From: a virus
Taxonomy: Duplodnaviria; Caudoviricetes
Reading direction: 5' to 3' (one strand)
Length of the DNA stretch: 41,827 nucleotides
IMG/VR virus record: IMGVR_UViG_3300043633_000023
Location: 1 to 41,827 of that record
A program made the translations under genes and the position numbers. This document shows positions 16,958 to 25,837 of the stretch, one piece after another; positions within the stretch are counted from its first letter, which is position 1, and the number at the start of each line of letters is the position of its first letter. The notes under the pieces were generated by a model, which saw only the letters and a program-made list of their open reading frames with translations, was not told the DNA's origin and did not search any database.

Positions 16958-18472
16958 GTGGCCGATTGGTACGTATCATCAACGGCATACACCGCCATAG
17001 CCGCGTTTGTGCCCAGCGCCGTCTACGCCATCGGCAATATCGTCAAGCCGACCGCACCAGCCTCGCAGGCCCGCTGGGCATTCCGCTGCACCACGGCAGG
17101 CACCGCCAGCACCGAACCGGCATGGCCGTCCGCCAACAACAGCACCATCACCACGGGCGGTGCCACATTCACCAATGTGACCGGGCAGAGCGCATTCTTC
17201 TGGACCGCTGCGGCAGGCGATCACCAGACACTGAACGGCACCGTGGGGGCGATACGCTACGCCGCCGGGGATCGGGTGTTCCTGTCCAGCGATCACGCCG
17301 AGACGGTGGCCAGCGGCACATGCGGACCCGGCAGCGGCATAGCCACAGGGTACGGGTTGTTACAATTCCTGTGTGTCAATCGTGCCGGGTCAACGCCGCC
17401 GGTTGCCGCTGACATTACAACCGGCGCGACGATCACCGGCAACGCTGGCCTGACCTTTCGCGCTCGCATCAATGCCTACTATAATGGCATTTCGTTCGTG
17501 AACACGGGAGCTGGAAGCCAGATCATATTCAACGATGTCGCGACCACCGACAAGACGGCCTATTATCAGAGTTGCTTGTTCTATAATAATAACGCTGGCA
17601 GCAGTACCTTCCTGAGCGGGAATTTTCAAAGGGTCATACTTGATAATACCGCGCTGCGATTTGGAGCCGCCGCGCAACCAATAGGGCTGGGAAGCACCGA
17701 ACTCGTATGGATTAACACGCCGTCGGCCTTGGCCGGAGCAATCTTCCCCACCAGTTTGTTTGTTCCTGGGGGCGGGGTCAATACGATAACGCTGCGTGGC
17801 GTCGATCTGAGTGCGCTTACCGGGACGATATTCTCCGACAGCAACGGAACGGGCGGCAGCCGGTATCTGTTCGACAGTTGCAGGATAGCATCGGGCGCCA
17901 CACGGTATGCAGCCGCCGGCGCCAACACCACCAACCTCGTTGAGTTCGTGAACTGCTATGACGGAACTAGCTTTATATCCGAGAGCTACCAGCCCGCCGG
18001 CGCGGTGACGACCGAGTTCACCATCACGCTCACAGGCGGGGCGACGGACAATGTCGGCACATTCAGCCACAAAATGGTATCCGGCACCAACATCGATAAA
18101 TTCAACAACACGCTGAACAGCTTCTGGCTGGACGTGAACTATGCGACGACCGGCAGCAGTAAGACGGCCACCGTCGAGATCATCAGCAGCACCGCCCTGA
18201 ACAATGACGAGATATCGCTTGTTCTGGAATATCTCGGCACCGCCAGTTCTTCGGTCGCCAGCTTCGGCAACAGCTTCATCGCAACGCCGCTCACCACACC
18301 ATCCGCCGTCACGACCTCGACCGCGACGTGGAACAGCTCGCCCGCTACCCCACAAAAGCAGAAGCTGCAAGTGACGTTTACGCCCCGCACGGCAGGCCGA
18401 GTGCGCGCTCAGGTGCGGCTGGGCAAAAGTTCCGCGACGGTCTACGTGAATCCGCAGGTGACCATCACATGA
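16958..18472 (+). CDS. Tail fibre/spike-like beta-rich virion protein
   Basis: GTG start after GAGG; RCTTAGT..TEPAWP motif; T/S/G/N-rich sequence. Confidence 0.65.
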   Translation: MADWYVSSTAYTAIAAFVPSAVYAIGNIVKPTAPASQARWAFRCTTAGTASTEPAWPSANNSTITTGGATFTNVTGQSAFFWTAAAGDHQTLNGTVGAIRYAAGDRVFLSSDHAETVASGTCGPGSGIATGYGLLQFLCVNRAGSTPPVAADITTGATITGNAGLTFRARINAYYNGISFVNTGAGSQIIFNDVATTDKTAYYQSCLFYNNNAGSSTFLSGNFQRVILDNTALRFGAAAQPIGLGSTELVWINTPSALAGAIFPTSLFVPGGGVNTITLRGVDLSALTGTIFSDSNGTGGSRYLFDSCRIASGATRYAAAGANTTNLVEFVNCYDGTSFISESYQPAGAVTTEFTITLTGGATDNVGTFSHKMVSGTNIDKFNNTLNSFWLDVNYATTGSSKTATVEIISSTALNNDEISLVLEYLGTASSSVASFGNSFIATPLTTPSAVTTSTATWNSSPATPQKQKLQVTFTPRTAGRVRAQVRLGKSSATVYVNPQVTIT

Positions 18473-18639
18473 GCACGCAAACGCTCAGCGCCGGACGGCC
18501 TGGGGCAGGCTCTGCCGTGGTGCAGGACGACGCAACGCCGCGCACGGTCACCGTCGCGGGTGTGGGTGTGGTCCAGACCGGCACTGGCGGCGGCGGGGGT
18601 GGTGGCGGCACGGCGATTGCCGTCATGGTGCTGGCCTGA
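18469..18639 (+). CDS. Small Gly-rich virion-associated protein
   Basis: 56 aa, coupled to both neighbours, run of eight Gly. Confidence 0.5.
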   Translation: MSTQTLSAGRPGAGSAVVQDDATPRTVTVAGVGVVQTGTGGGGGGGGTAIAVMVLA

Positions 18640-21600
18640 TGGCACGTTTGGGACTCACCGGCGGCGCCTACCAGGCCCACAGCGTAATTGCATCCGCGCA
18701 ACGCAGCGTGAACCTGTTCAGCGAGCCAATCCCTGAGAACCTCACCGAACCGTCCAAAGCCACCGACTACCCCACGCCAGGCTTGCGGCTGCTGGGCACG
18801 ATCGGCACCGGCCCGATCAGGGGCATACGCCAAGGCACGAATGGCAACGTCTATGTCGTGAGCGGGTCCGAGGTCTATTCGGTCAACACCACGTCCTGGG
18901 TCGGCACGTCGCTGGGCAGCATCACGGCGGGGCTCACGACGCCCGTGTCCATGTGCGACAACACGCTGGACATGGTCATCGTGGACGGCACCGCGAACGG
19001 CTGGATGATCAACCTGGCGGCTAACACCATGGCGCCGCTGGTCGATAGCACCGGCAGCTTCGTCGGCGCCGACAAGGTCGATTACCTCGACACGTTCCTA
19101 ATCTTCAATAAGCCCGGCACCCCGCAATTCTACTGGACCGGCTCGCTGGCAACGACGTTCGACGCGCTCGACTTCGCCAATAAATCCAGTTTCACCGACC
19201 TGCTGCAAACGCTCATCGTCACCAAGCGCGAGATCTGGTTGATCGGGCAGTTGACGACTGAAATCTGGTATGACACCGGGGCCACCGATATCGCCGCCGG
19301 TTCCTCGCAATTCGCCTCGGTGCAATCGGTCTTCGTGGATCACGGCACATGCGCCAAGTATTCAGTCGCCGGCTATGACAACGGCGCGTTCTGGTTGACC
19401 AGGGATCGCCAAGGCCGCGGGTTCGTGGTCATGGGCGCCGGGTATCAGACCAAGCGGGTATCGACATATGCGATCGAGGCCGAGCTGGCAGGGTATGCGC
19501 GGCTGGATGACGCCATCGGCTACTGCTACCAGCTCGCTGGGCATACGTTCTACGTGCTCACCTTCCCGCACGCGGACCATACCTGGGTCTACGATGTGAC
19601 GACCGGGCTGTGGCACGAGTGGCTGTGGATCGACAGCAACGGCGAGGAGCACCGGCACCGCAGCAACTGCTACTGGCCGGTGGATGGCAGCATCCCTGTC
19701 GTCGGCGACTGGCAGAATGGCAATCTGTATGCCTTGGACACTAGGATATTCACCGACGCCGGGCAGCCGATCAAGCGGGTGCGTTCCTTCCCCCACATGC
19801 TCGCGGACGGCAAGCGCGTTTTCTATAGGCAATTCCTGGCAGATATCGACGCCGGAACATCAGCCGCAGTCGCGCCCGCCACGTTCGCGTTCCTAAGCGC
19901 GTCCTTCACGGCAGCGGACGGCACCACGATCGACGCCTACACATCAGAGGTCGGCGGCGGCTGGACGGTGGTGGGCGGGGCGAGCCATGCGGTGATCACT
20001 GGCGATGAGGTGGTCGGGATCGGCGGGGATGCGCTGTATACCGCCGCTGTGACGGCCCCACGGGCGGACTACTCGGTGCGGTTCAGCGTGATCCCGCCGG
20101 ACTACACGACCGTTCCCACCGCGACCGTGATGTTCGTCGCCGGCCGGGCGGATGCGGCAGGGATCGGCTACCGCGCCAGGATCAGCGCGGATGGCACGCA
20201 ATACAGCCTGTCGGTCACCATCGGCGCCACGGTCCACAGCACCGTGGCCATGGGGACCATCACCAGCGGCATCTACACCGCGTGGCTGGTCCTCAGAGGC
20301 ACGACGATCGCCGCACAGGTGCAGAGGAGCCAGGACGGGCTGTGGCTTAGGGGGGATGCCACCTGGCAGGCCAGCAGCGGCACCACGGCGGCGCAGTTCA
20401 CCGACACGACCTATGCCGCGCCTGGGCTGGTGGCGATCGGGGGGACATGGCCGGTGCCGCCGCCGGTGGTGCCCGCCCATGTGGATGCCACGCATCAAAC
20501 GCCACTGACTCCTGACCCGAATTTCCCAAGCGGCTACAGTACCGCCAATTTCATCCAGGCGTTCGATTTCACCCGCGACTGGTTCTATGCGTTTGCCACA
20601 TCGTCCGTTAACGGGATTGCGATCACCGACCTGTCCAGCATGGCGGTGATCAGGACCGCGACGATTGACCAGATGTATGCGGGCACGGCGTTCGGCTCGC
20701 CAGCAGGCACGCCATACTCGCAAGGCATCTTCGACCTCGCTGCCGGCCAAGGGTCCGATCTCTACATGCTGGCCGGGGTTGATACGTTCCATCGCCGGTT
20801 CACTCGGCTTGATCCGGTCTCGATGAAAGTCATCGGCGAGTGGTATGTGCCTAACGGCGTGCTGGGCCAGCGGGGCGTGGTCAACACCACGGCGACGCAC
20901 ACCATCGTGGCCTATCAAAGCCTCAACTCGACCGAGAGCGCGCTGATATATGACGGCACCGGCATGGCACCTGTCGGCCTCGGCCCGACCCCGCTCTATG
21001 GCAACAACAACAACCTGCTGGTCATTGCCGGGCAAAAGCACACCGATGGAAGCTGCGATTTCATCGTGGTCAATTCCGACTACAACCACCCCACCGGCCT
21101 CATCGATATCTGGCGCGTCCATGTGTCCGACGCTCTGGTGATCACCAGCACCAAGACCGGCACGGCGAATGTCCTGGCCACTTACCCGGCGCCGGCGAAT
21201 CTCTATATTGCCCAGGCCGATTATGACGCCACGCACAACACCATCATCATGCAGGTGACCAACAGCAGCACGCCCGCTGGGCCGCCGATCGCCGTCATGT
21301 CGGTGGCACTCAGCGGCACCATCAACTGGGTGCAGAGCTTCGCATCCGATATCGGCATTCCCGACAGCAAGGGCCAGTCGCTACTGAACGGCGATACGCT
21401 GATGATCGGCGACGGCGACGATTTGAAGCTGCTCGATACAGCAACTGGCGCAATCACCTTCACCGGCAGCGTGGTCACTGTCAGCGGCTCGTTCTACCGG
21501 GTTTATGACGGATCGCGCGAAGCCTATTGGACTTATGCGGCCGGCTCGTTCGGCTTTACCCGTATTGATTTCCACGCCGCCGTGATCCCGCCGACGCTGG

Positions 21601-21857
21601 GCATGGACGATGTGGTGGCAACCACCGAGGCGCCGCTGTCGAGCAACCTGATTTCGCTTAGATGGTCGTCGGATCGTGGGCACTCTTTCGGAAATCCGGT
21701 GTCGCAAAGCATGGGAGAAGTAGGGGAATACGCGACTAGTCTCCAGTGGCAACGTTGCGGATACGCAAGGGATAGAGTGTGGGAGATCAGTTGGAGCGTA
21801 CCATGTGGGGCGGCCTTGCAAGGATGCTGGGTGGACGTTACCCCGGCTCAAAGTTAA
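18639..21857 (+). CDS. Packaged-DNA stabilization/tail hub protein (P22 gp10-like) with large internal insertion
   Basis: PTPGL, TWVYDVTTGLWHE, VGDWQNGNLY and a C-terminal LRWSSDRGHSF...GEY...ARDRVWEI; 1072 aa. Confidence 0.88.
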   Translation: MARLGLTGGAYQAHSVIASAQRSVNLFSEPIPENLTEPSKATDYPTPGLRLLGTIGTGPIRGIRQGTNGNVYVVSGSEVYSVNTTSWVGTSLGSITAGLTTPVSMCDNTLDMVIVDGTANGWMINLAANTMAPLVDSTGSFVGADKVDYLDTFLIFNKPGTPQFYWTGSLATTFDALDFANKSSFTDLLQTLIVTKREIWLIGQLTTEIWYDTGATDIAAGSSQFASVQSVFVDHGTCAKYSVAGYDNGAFWLTRDRQGRGFVVMGAGYQTKRVSTYAIEAELAGYARLDDAIGYCYQLAGHTFYVLTFPHADHTWVYDVTTGLWHEWLWIDSNGEEHRHRSNCYWPVDGSIPVVGDWQNGNLYALDTRIFTDAGQPIKRVRSFPHMLADGKRVFYRQFLADIDAGTSAAVAPATFAFLSASFTAADGTTIDAYTSEVGGGWTVVGGASHAVITGDEVVGIGGDALYTAAVTAPRADYSVRFSVIPPDYTTVPTATVMFVAGRADAAGIGYRARISADGTQYSLSVTIGATVHSTVAMGTITSGIYTAWLVLRGTTIAAQVQRSQDGLWLRGDATWQASSGTTAAQFTDTTYAAPGLVAIGGTWPVPPPVVPAHVDATHQTPLTPDPNFPSGYSTANFIQAFDFTRDWFYAFATSSVNGIAITDLSSMAVIRTATIDQMYAGTAFGSPAGTPYSQGIFDLAAGQGSDLYMLAGVDTFHRRFTRLDPVSMKVIGEWYVPNGVLGQRGVVNTTATHTIVAYQSLNSTESALIYDGTGMAPVGLGPTPLYGNNNNLLVIAGQKHTDGSCDFIVVNSDYNHPTGLIDIWRVHVSDALVITSTKTGTANVLATYPAPANLYIAQADYDATHNTIIMQVTNSSTPAGPPIAVMSVALSGTINWVQSFASDIGIPDSKGQSLLNGDTLMIGDGDDLKLLDTATGAITFTGSVVTVSGSFYRVYDGSREAYWTYAAGSFGFTRIDFHAAVIPPTLGMDDVVATTEAPLSSNLISLRWSSDRGHSFGNPVSQSMGEVGEYATSLQWQRCGYARDRVWEISWSVPCGAALQGCWVDVTPAQS

Positions 21858-22515
21858 AGGATGCCTGTTTCCTATGTCGGGTTTTCCAGTGGCGCTTGAT
21901 ACCAGCGGACACCTTGGCGCGGAAAGCATCGGATCGCGTCTTAGGGGCACCGGCACCGATGGCGGCCCGGTGAGTCGCGCTTAGAGGCACACCTGTATGA
22001 GCTTTCGACAGATTTGCCCGATGTTCCTCAGACGCTTTTCTACCTCGACGTGAACTGGCTGATTTTTCGATCGCTTCGGCAGTCATTTTCCGCCCGAGAA
22101 CTTTGGCCCTGGCCTCTTCGTGCCGCCATGGTTCTGCTGTCCATCGAGCCAACATGCTTAGTCGCTGCTTATGTCTGGCCTCAAGGGAGTTGGCATGATT
22201 ACGTCGGCTGGCCGCTTCTGGGCGAATATTGAAACCATATCCCTTTGTGTATGCATTAAAATGATCCATCCAATGCTGTTCTCGGGCAATCAACTCGGAA
22301 TGCTTTGGTACGAGTTCTAGGGCTTCAAATGCAAAGGCGTGCTTACCGTATTTTACCCACGCCGCCTGAAGCACAGGCGACTGATGCTTGCCGGTATTGA
22401 GGAGACAACGATGCCTGATCGTGCGCTTGTTGATATTCAAAGAAGACCCGACATAGACGCGCCCGGTGTCTATGTGGCGGATGGCATATATGCCTGCTAG
22501 ATTGGGCAAAGCCAT
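21838..22515 (-). CDS. GIY-YIG homing endonuclease with NUMOD3 repeats, antisense in the tail operon
   Basis: GIYAIRHIDTGRVYVGSS, LQAAWVKYG, REQHWMD, GFN; AGAAAGGAAG RBS. Confidence 0.92.
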   Translation of the reverse strand: MALPNLAGIYAIRHIDTGRVYVGSSLNINKRTIRHRCLLNTGKHQSPVLQAAWVKYGKHAFAFEALELVPKHSELIAREQHWMDHFNAYTKGYGFNIRPEAASRRNHANSLEARHKQRLSMLARWTAEPWRHEEARAKVLGRKMTAEAIEKSASSRRGRKASEEHRANLSKAHTGVPLSATHRAAIGAGAPKTRSDAFRAKVSAGIKRHWKTRHRKQASFNFEPG

Positions 22516-22613
22516 GATCACTTCCTTTCTGAGTGGTCTGGTTAGGTCTGGCGTGGTGCTCGACACACCGCGTCAGGCCGACATCCTATCATATTGGGTG
22601 GGGTAGAACAGCC

Positions 22614-23411
22614 ATGAGCATCGATCCTATCGTCGTACCGCTTTTGCAGTGGTGCGATGCCAACGGCGATCCGATAGCGGGCGGTTCCATCGCGACTTTT
22701 GTGCCAGGCACCAGTACCCCAAAGCAGGTCTGGATCGACCCGGAACAAACCGCGCTGGCAACTAACCCCGTGATCATGGACTCGGCTGGCCGCACCCTGA
22801 TGTACGGAGACGGAAATTATCGATTAGTCATCCGTGACGCCGTGGGGAACGAGATCGCTGATATAGAGGCCACGACCATCGTCTCGGCAGCCATGGCCCC
22901 GGTCGTCACCGCCGCCACCATCCCCGATGCGCTGGCGCTGCTGGGCGTGTCGGATCTGATCGCGGCCGAAGCCACCGCACGATCGAACGCGGACAGCACC
23001 GAACAGACCGCGCGCATCGCCGCGATGAACGTGGAACAAACGGCACGCGAGGATGGCGACACCGATCTGTATAACGGCATCGTGGCAGAACAGGACCGCG
23101 CGCTGGCGGCCGAGGCGGCACTGGCAGGCGGGGCGCTCAGCGGCGGGGCAGGCTATGCCCATGTCGCCGGGCCAAACCTCATCCAGTGGGGCAGTGCTAC
23201 CGCGACCGGCGGCACCGGGATCGCCTCAGTCACCTACCCGGTCGCATTCGCGGCCGTGCAATCGGTCCAGGCCACGCTGGTGGCAAACACGCTCAACCTG
23301 ACGATCCGAATATCCGCAGTCAACACCACCAGTTTCACGGTATTCATCGAGGATACGTCGAACACCGGCGGCAAGGATTCGCTGTTCTTCTGGTCGGCAT
23401 TCGGCGCCTAG
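22614..23411 (+). CDS. Tailspike/fibre with head-binding N-terminal domain and gp53/H-lectin-like C-terminus
   Basis: DANGDPIAGGSI..GTSTPK..TNPVIMDSAGR; C-terminal IQWG...VTYPVAF...FFWSAFG. Confidence 0.75.
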   Translation: MSIDPIVVPLLQWCDANGDPIAGGSIATFVPGTSTPKQVWIDPEQTALATNPVIMDSAGRTLMYGDGNYRLVIRDAVGNEIADIEATTIVSAAMAPVVTAATIPDALALLGVSDLIAAEATARSNADSTEQTARIAAMNVEQTAREDGDTDLYNGIVAEQDRALAAEAALAGGALSGGAGYAHVAGPNLIQWGSATATGGTGIASVTYPVAFAAVQSVQATLVANTLNLTIRISAVNTTSFTVFIEDTSNTGGKDSLFFWSAFGA

Positions 23412-23415
23412 TTCC

Positions 23416-23940
23416 ATGTCCACCAGCACCGCATCGCCCATCCGCGCCGCGTTTCCGTCCGGCCCGATCGCCGACGAGAACGGCAACGTCACCGCCGTCT
23501 GGCGCGGGTATTTCCAGAGCCTGTATGTGCGGACAGGATCGGCGCCGGGGGCATCCACGCCGAACCTGGGGGTGGCTATCGCCGCCGAGAGTGTCGTCCG
23601 CAGCAGCACCGACACCGGGCTGTCCAACGCGATTGCCGCCGAACGCACCGCCAGGGAAAATGCGGACCTGACAGAAGCAGCAACACGGGCGGCGGCTGAC
23701 AATACGAAAATGCCCTACGCAGGCGGCACCTTCACCGGCGCGATCTACGGCCCCACAGCAGGCTTCAACGTGTTCCAGCAGGGCAGCATCGCGGGCGGGC
23801 CAACCTGGACCAGCGGCTATGGTGCCCCCGCTAGCACGCAGCCGCTGGGGTCGATCTACAGCCGCCGGGACGGCGCGGTGGGAACGACGATTTACGTCTC
23901 GCGCGGCACCGGCACCTGGAACGCAATCGCCGGGGTATGA
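23416..23940 (+). CDS. Virion protein (tail needle-like position)
   Basis: PIADENGNVTAVWRGYF, coiled-coil AERTARENAD, GSIYSRRDG. Confidence 0.6.
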   Translation: MSTSTASPIRAAFPSGPIADENGNVTAVWRGYFQSLYVRTGSAPGASTPNLGVAIAAESVVRSSTDTGLSNAIAAERTARENADLTEAATRAAADNTKMPYAGGTFTGAIYGPTAGFNVFQQGSIAGGPTWTSGYGAPASTQPLGSIYSRRDGAVGTTIYVSRGTGTWNAIAGV

Positions 23941-24035
23941 AGGCGCTGCACATGCTCAGCAACCGCGCGCTCTATTACATCATCGTGGCGCTGTCCCTCG
24001 CCGTGGTGTGGACCGCAGGGATGCGGCATCTGTGA
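23937..24035 (+). CDS. 32-aa single-TM peptide
   Basis: MKALHMLSNRALYYIIVALSLAVVWTAGMRHL; fills the gap exactly with ATGA and GTGA overlaps. Confidence 0.45.
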   Translation: MKALHMLSNRALYYIIVALSLAVVWTAGMRHL

Positions 24036-24592
24036 GGTACTTCCAGCAGATCGCGCGCGGCGTGGACACGCTGCCCATGCTGCTCACGCTCCAGCGCCAT
24101 CCCGAGTTGTGGAACGCGGACACGTTCCGGACCACTTACCCGCATACCCCGCACGCCGAGGCGGACGATATCCTGCTGCGCTACACCGGCCCATCCGCCA
24201 ACCGCTCGGTGGATACCGTCATCGAGGACGAGCGGCCCGTCTGGCTGCCGGCGGCCGCCATCCTGCCGTGGAAGGAACCCGTGCTAGACCTCATGCGCCG
24301 GGTCGGTGCCTACCAGCTCGACAGGCTGCTGGTGACGCGGCTGAAGCCTGGCGCCCGCATCGCCCCCCATGCCGACAACGTGGGCGACTACGCCGCATCC
24401 AACGACGAACGCGCCCGGTTCCATATCGTGCTGCAAGGGCTGCCGGGGTCGATGTATCATAACGGCAACGAAAGCGTGGCGATGCTGACGGGCGAGGTTT
24501 GGACCTTCACCCCGCGCGAGGTCCATGCGGTGGAAAACAACTCGATCGATGACCGGATACACCTCATCGTGGACGTCTGCCTGCTGCCATGA
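24032..24592 (+). CDS. Aspartyl/asparaginyl beta-hydroxylase-like 2OG-Fe(II) oxygenase
   Basis: LKPGARIAPHAD (HxD), RFHIVL, HAVEN and DRIHLIVD. Confidence 0.85.
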   Translation: MRYFQQIARGVDTLPMLLTLQRHPELWNADTFRTTYPHTPHAEADDILLRYTGPSANRSVDTVIEDERPVWLPAAAILPWKEPVLDLMRRVGAYQLDRLLVTRLKPGARIAPHADNVGDYAASNDERARFHIVLQGLPGSMYHNGNESVAMLTGEVWTFTPREVHAVENNSIDDRIHLIVDVCLLP

Positions 24593-25044
24593 TCACCGCG
24601 GCGCCCGAGCCATGGGCCAAGGCCTTGCCCGAGATGATGCCGCTGTTGCCGCTGCACTATGCGGAACTCGCGTTGGATCAGAACCGTGTTCCGCTCGCCC
24701 CCCAGTGGCACGTCTACGACGCCCGCGACTCCCGCGGCGAGCTTCAGATCGTGGTGCTGCGCGAGGACGGGCGCGTCATCGGCTACTACTGGGGCTTCGT
24801 GGCGCCGGGGCTGCATTATGCCACGTGCTTAACGGCCACGATGGATATCTTCTTCGTCCATCCCGAGCATCGGCGCGGGCGCAACGGCCGCACCCTGTTT
24901 GAGGCGGTGGAGCGGGATCTGCGGCACCGCGGCGTGCAGCGTTGGTTCGTCGGCGCCAAGCTGCACCGGGACGCATCGCCGCTGTTCAGGCGGCTCGGGT
25001 TCACGCCGATCGAGACGTATCACTCCAAATGGCTTGCGGACTAA
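24589..25044 (+). CDS. GNAT acetyltransferase (P22 gp14-like position)
   Basis: FFVHPEHRRGRNGRTLF acetyl-CoA motif A; LFRRLGF. Confidence 0.85.
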   Translation: MITAAPEPWAKALPEMMPLLPLHYAELALDQNRVPLAPQWHVYDARDSRGELQIVVLREDGRVIGYYWGFVAPGLHYATCLTATMDIFFVHPEHRRGRNGRTLFEAVERDLRHRGVQRWFVGAKLHRDASPLFRRLGFTPIETYHSKWLAD

Positions 25045-25056
25045 GGAGCAACTGAC

Positions 25057-25821
25057 ATGGTAGCGGCAGCGATTATCGGCGGGGCTGTCATTGCGGGTGG
25101 CGCCTCGATGGCAGGCAGCAGCATGGCGGCGGGATCGGCCAAGGATGCCGCCAACCTCGCCGACCGGCGCTACCAGACCACGCGCGGGGATTTGGCGCCA
25201 TACTTTCAGCCTGGATACAACGCGCTCAACGACGCCTATGGGCTGGCCAGGTTGGGGCCGACCGGCGGCGGTCCCGACTACCTAAGCCAGGCAGCAGGCG
25301 CCCTGCCGGGCAATATGACGCAGGCCGAACTGGAGGCCACGCCGGGGTATCAATTCGATCTCAGCCAAGGGCTGAAAGCGGTGCAGAGCAGCGCCGCGGC
25401 GCGGGGCTTGGGCGTGTCCGGTGCCAGCCTGAAAGGCGCGGGGAACTTCGCAACGGGATTGGCGAACAAGACATACCTCGATCAATTCAATGTCCGGCAG
25501 AAGCGGTTCGAGGATTACCTCAACCTCAACACCGGGCAGCAGGGGAACGTGACCAACAGCTTCAACCGTCTCAACGCCATCGCCGGCATGGGCGCCAACG
25601 CGGCGGCGCAGCTCGGCACGCAGGGGACGGGGCTGGCGAACACCGCCGGGCAATACATCAATGCGGCAGGCGTAAACCAGGCAACGGGCCTGATGAACAC
25701 GAGCAACGTGCTCAACTCTGGGGTCAATAACTACCTCGCCTATCAGCAATACCAGAGAAACACCGGAACGGGCGGATACGACAACACCTTCAATACCAAC
25801 GTGGCTGGACGAGACCTGTAG
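25057..25821 (+). CDS. DNA ejection/pilot protein (P22 gp7-like)
   Basis: Hydrophobic G/A N-terminus, DLAPY, TPGYQF..QG...SAAARG..SGA.LK. Confidence 0.85.
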   Translation: MVAAAIIGGAVIAGGASMAGSSMAAGSAKDAANLADRRYQTTRGDLAPYFQPGYNALNDAYGLARLGPTGGGPDYLSQAAGALPGNMTQAELEATPGYQFDLSQGLKAVQSSAAARGLGVSGASLKGAGNFATGLANKTYLDQFNVRQKRFEDYLNLNTGQQGNVTNSFNRLNAIAGMGANAAAQLGTQGTGLANTAGQYINAAGVNQATGLMNTSNVLNSGVNNYLAYQQYQRNTGTGGYDNTFNTNVAGRDL

Positions 25822-25837
25822 GGCATAGGACAGCGCC

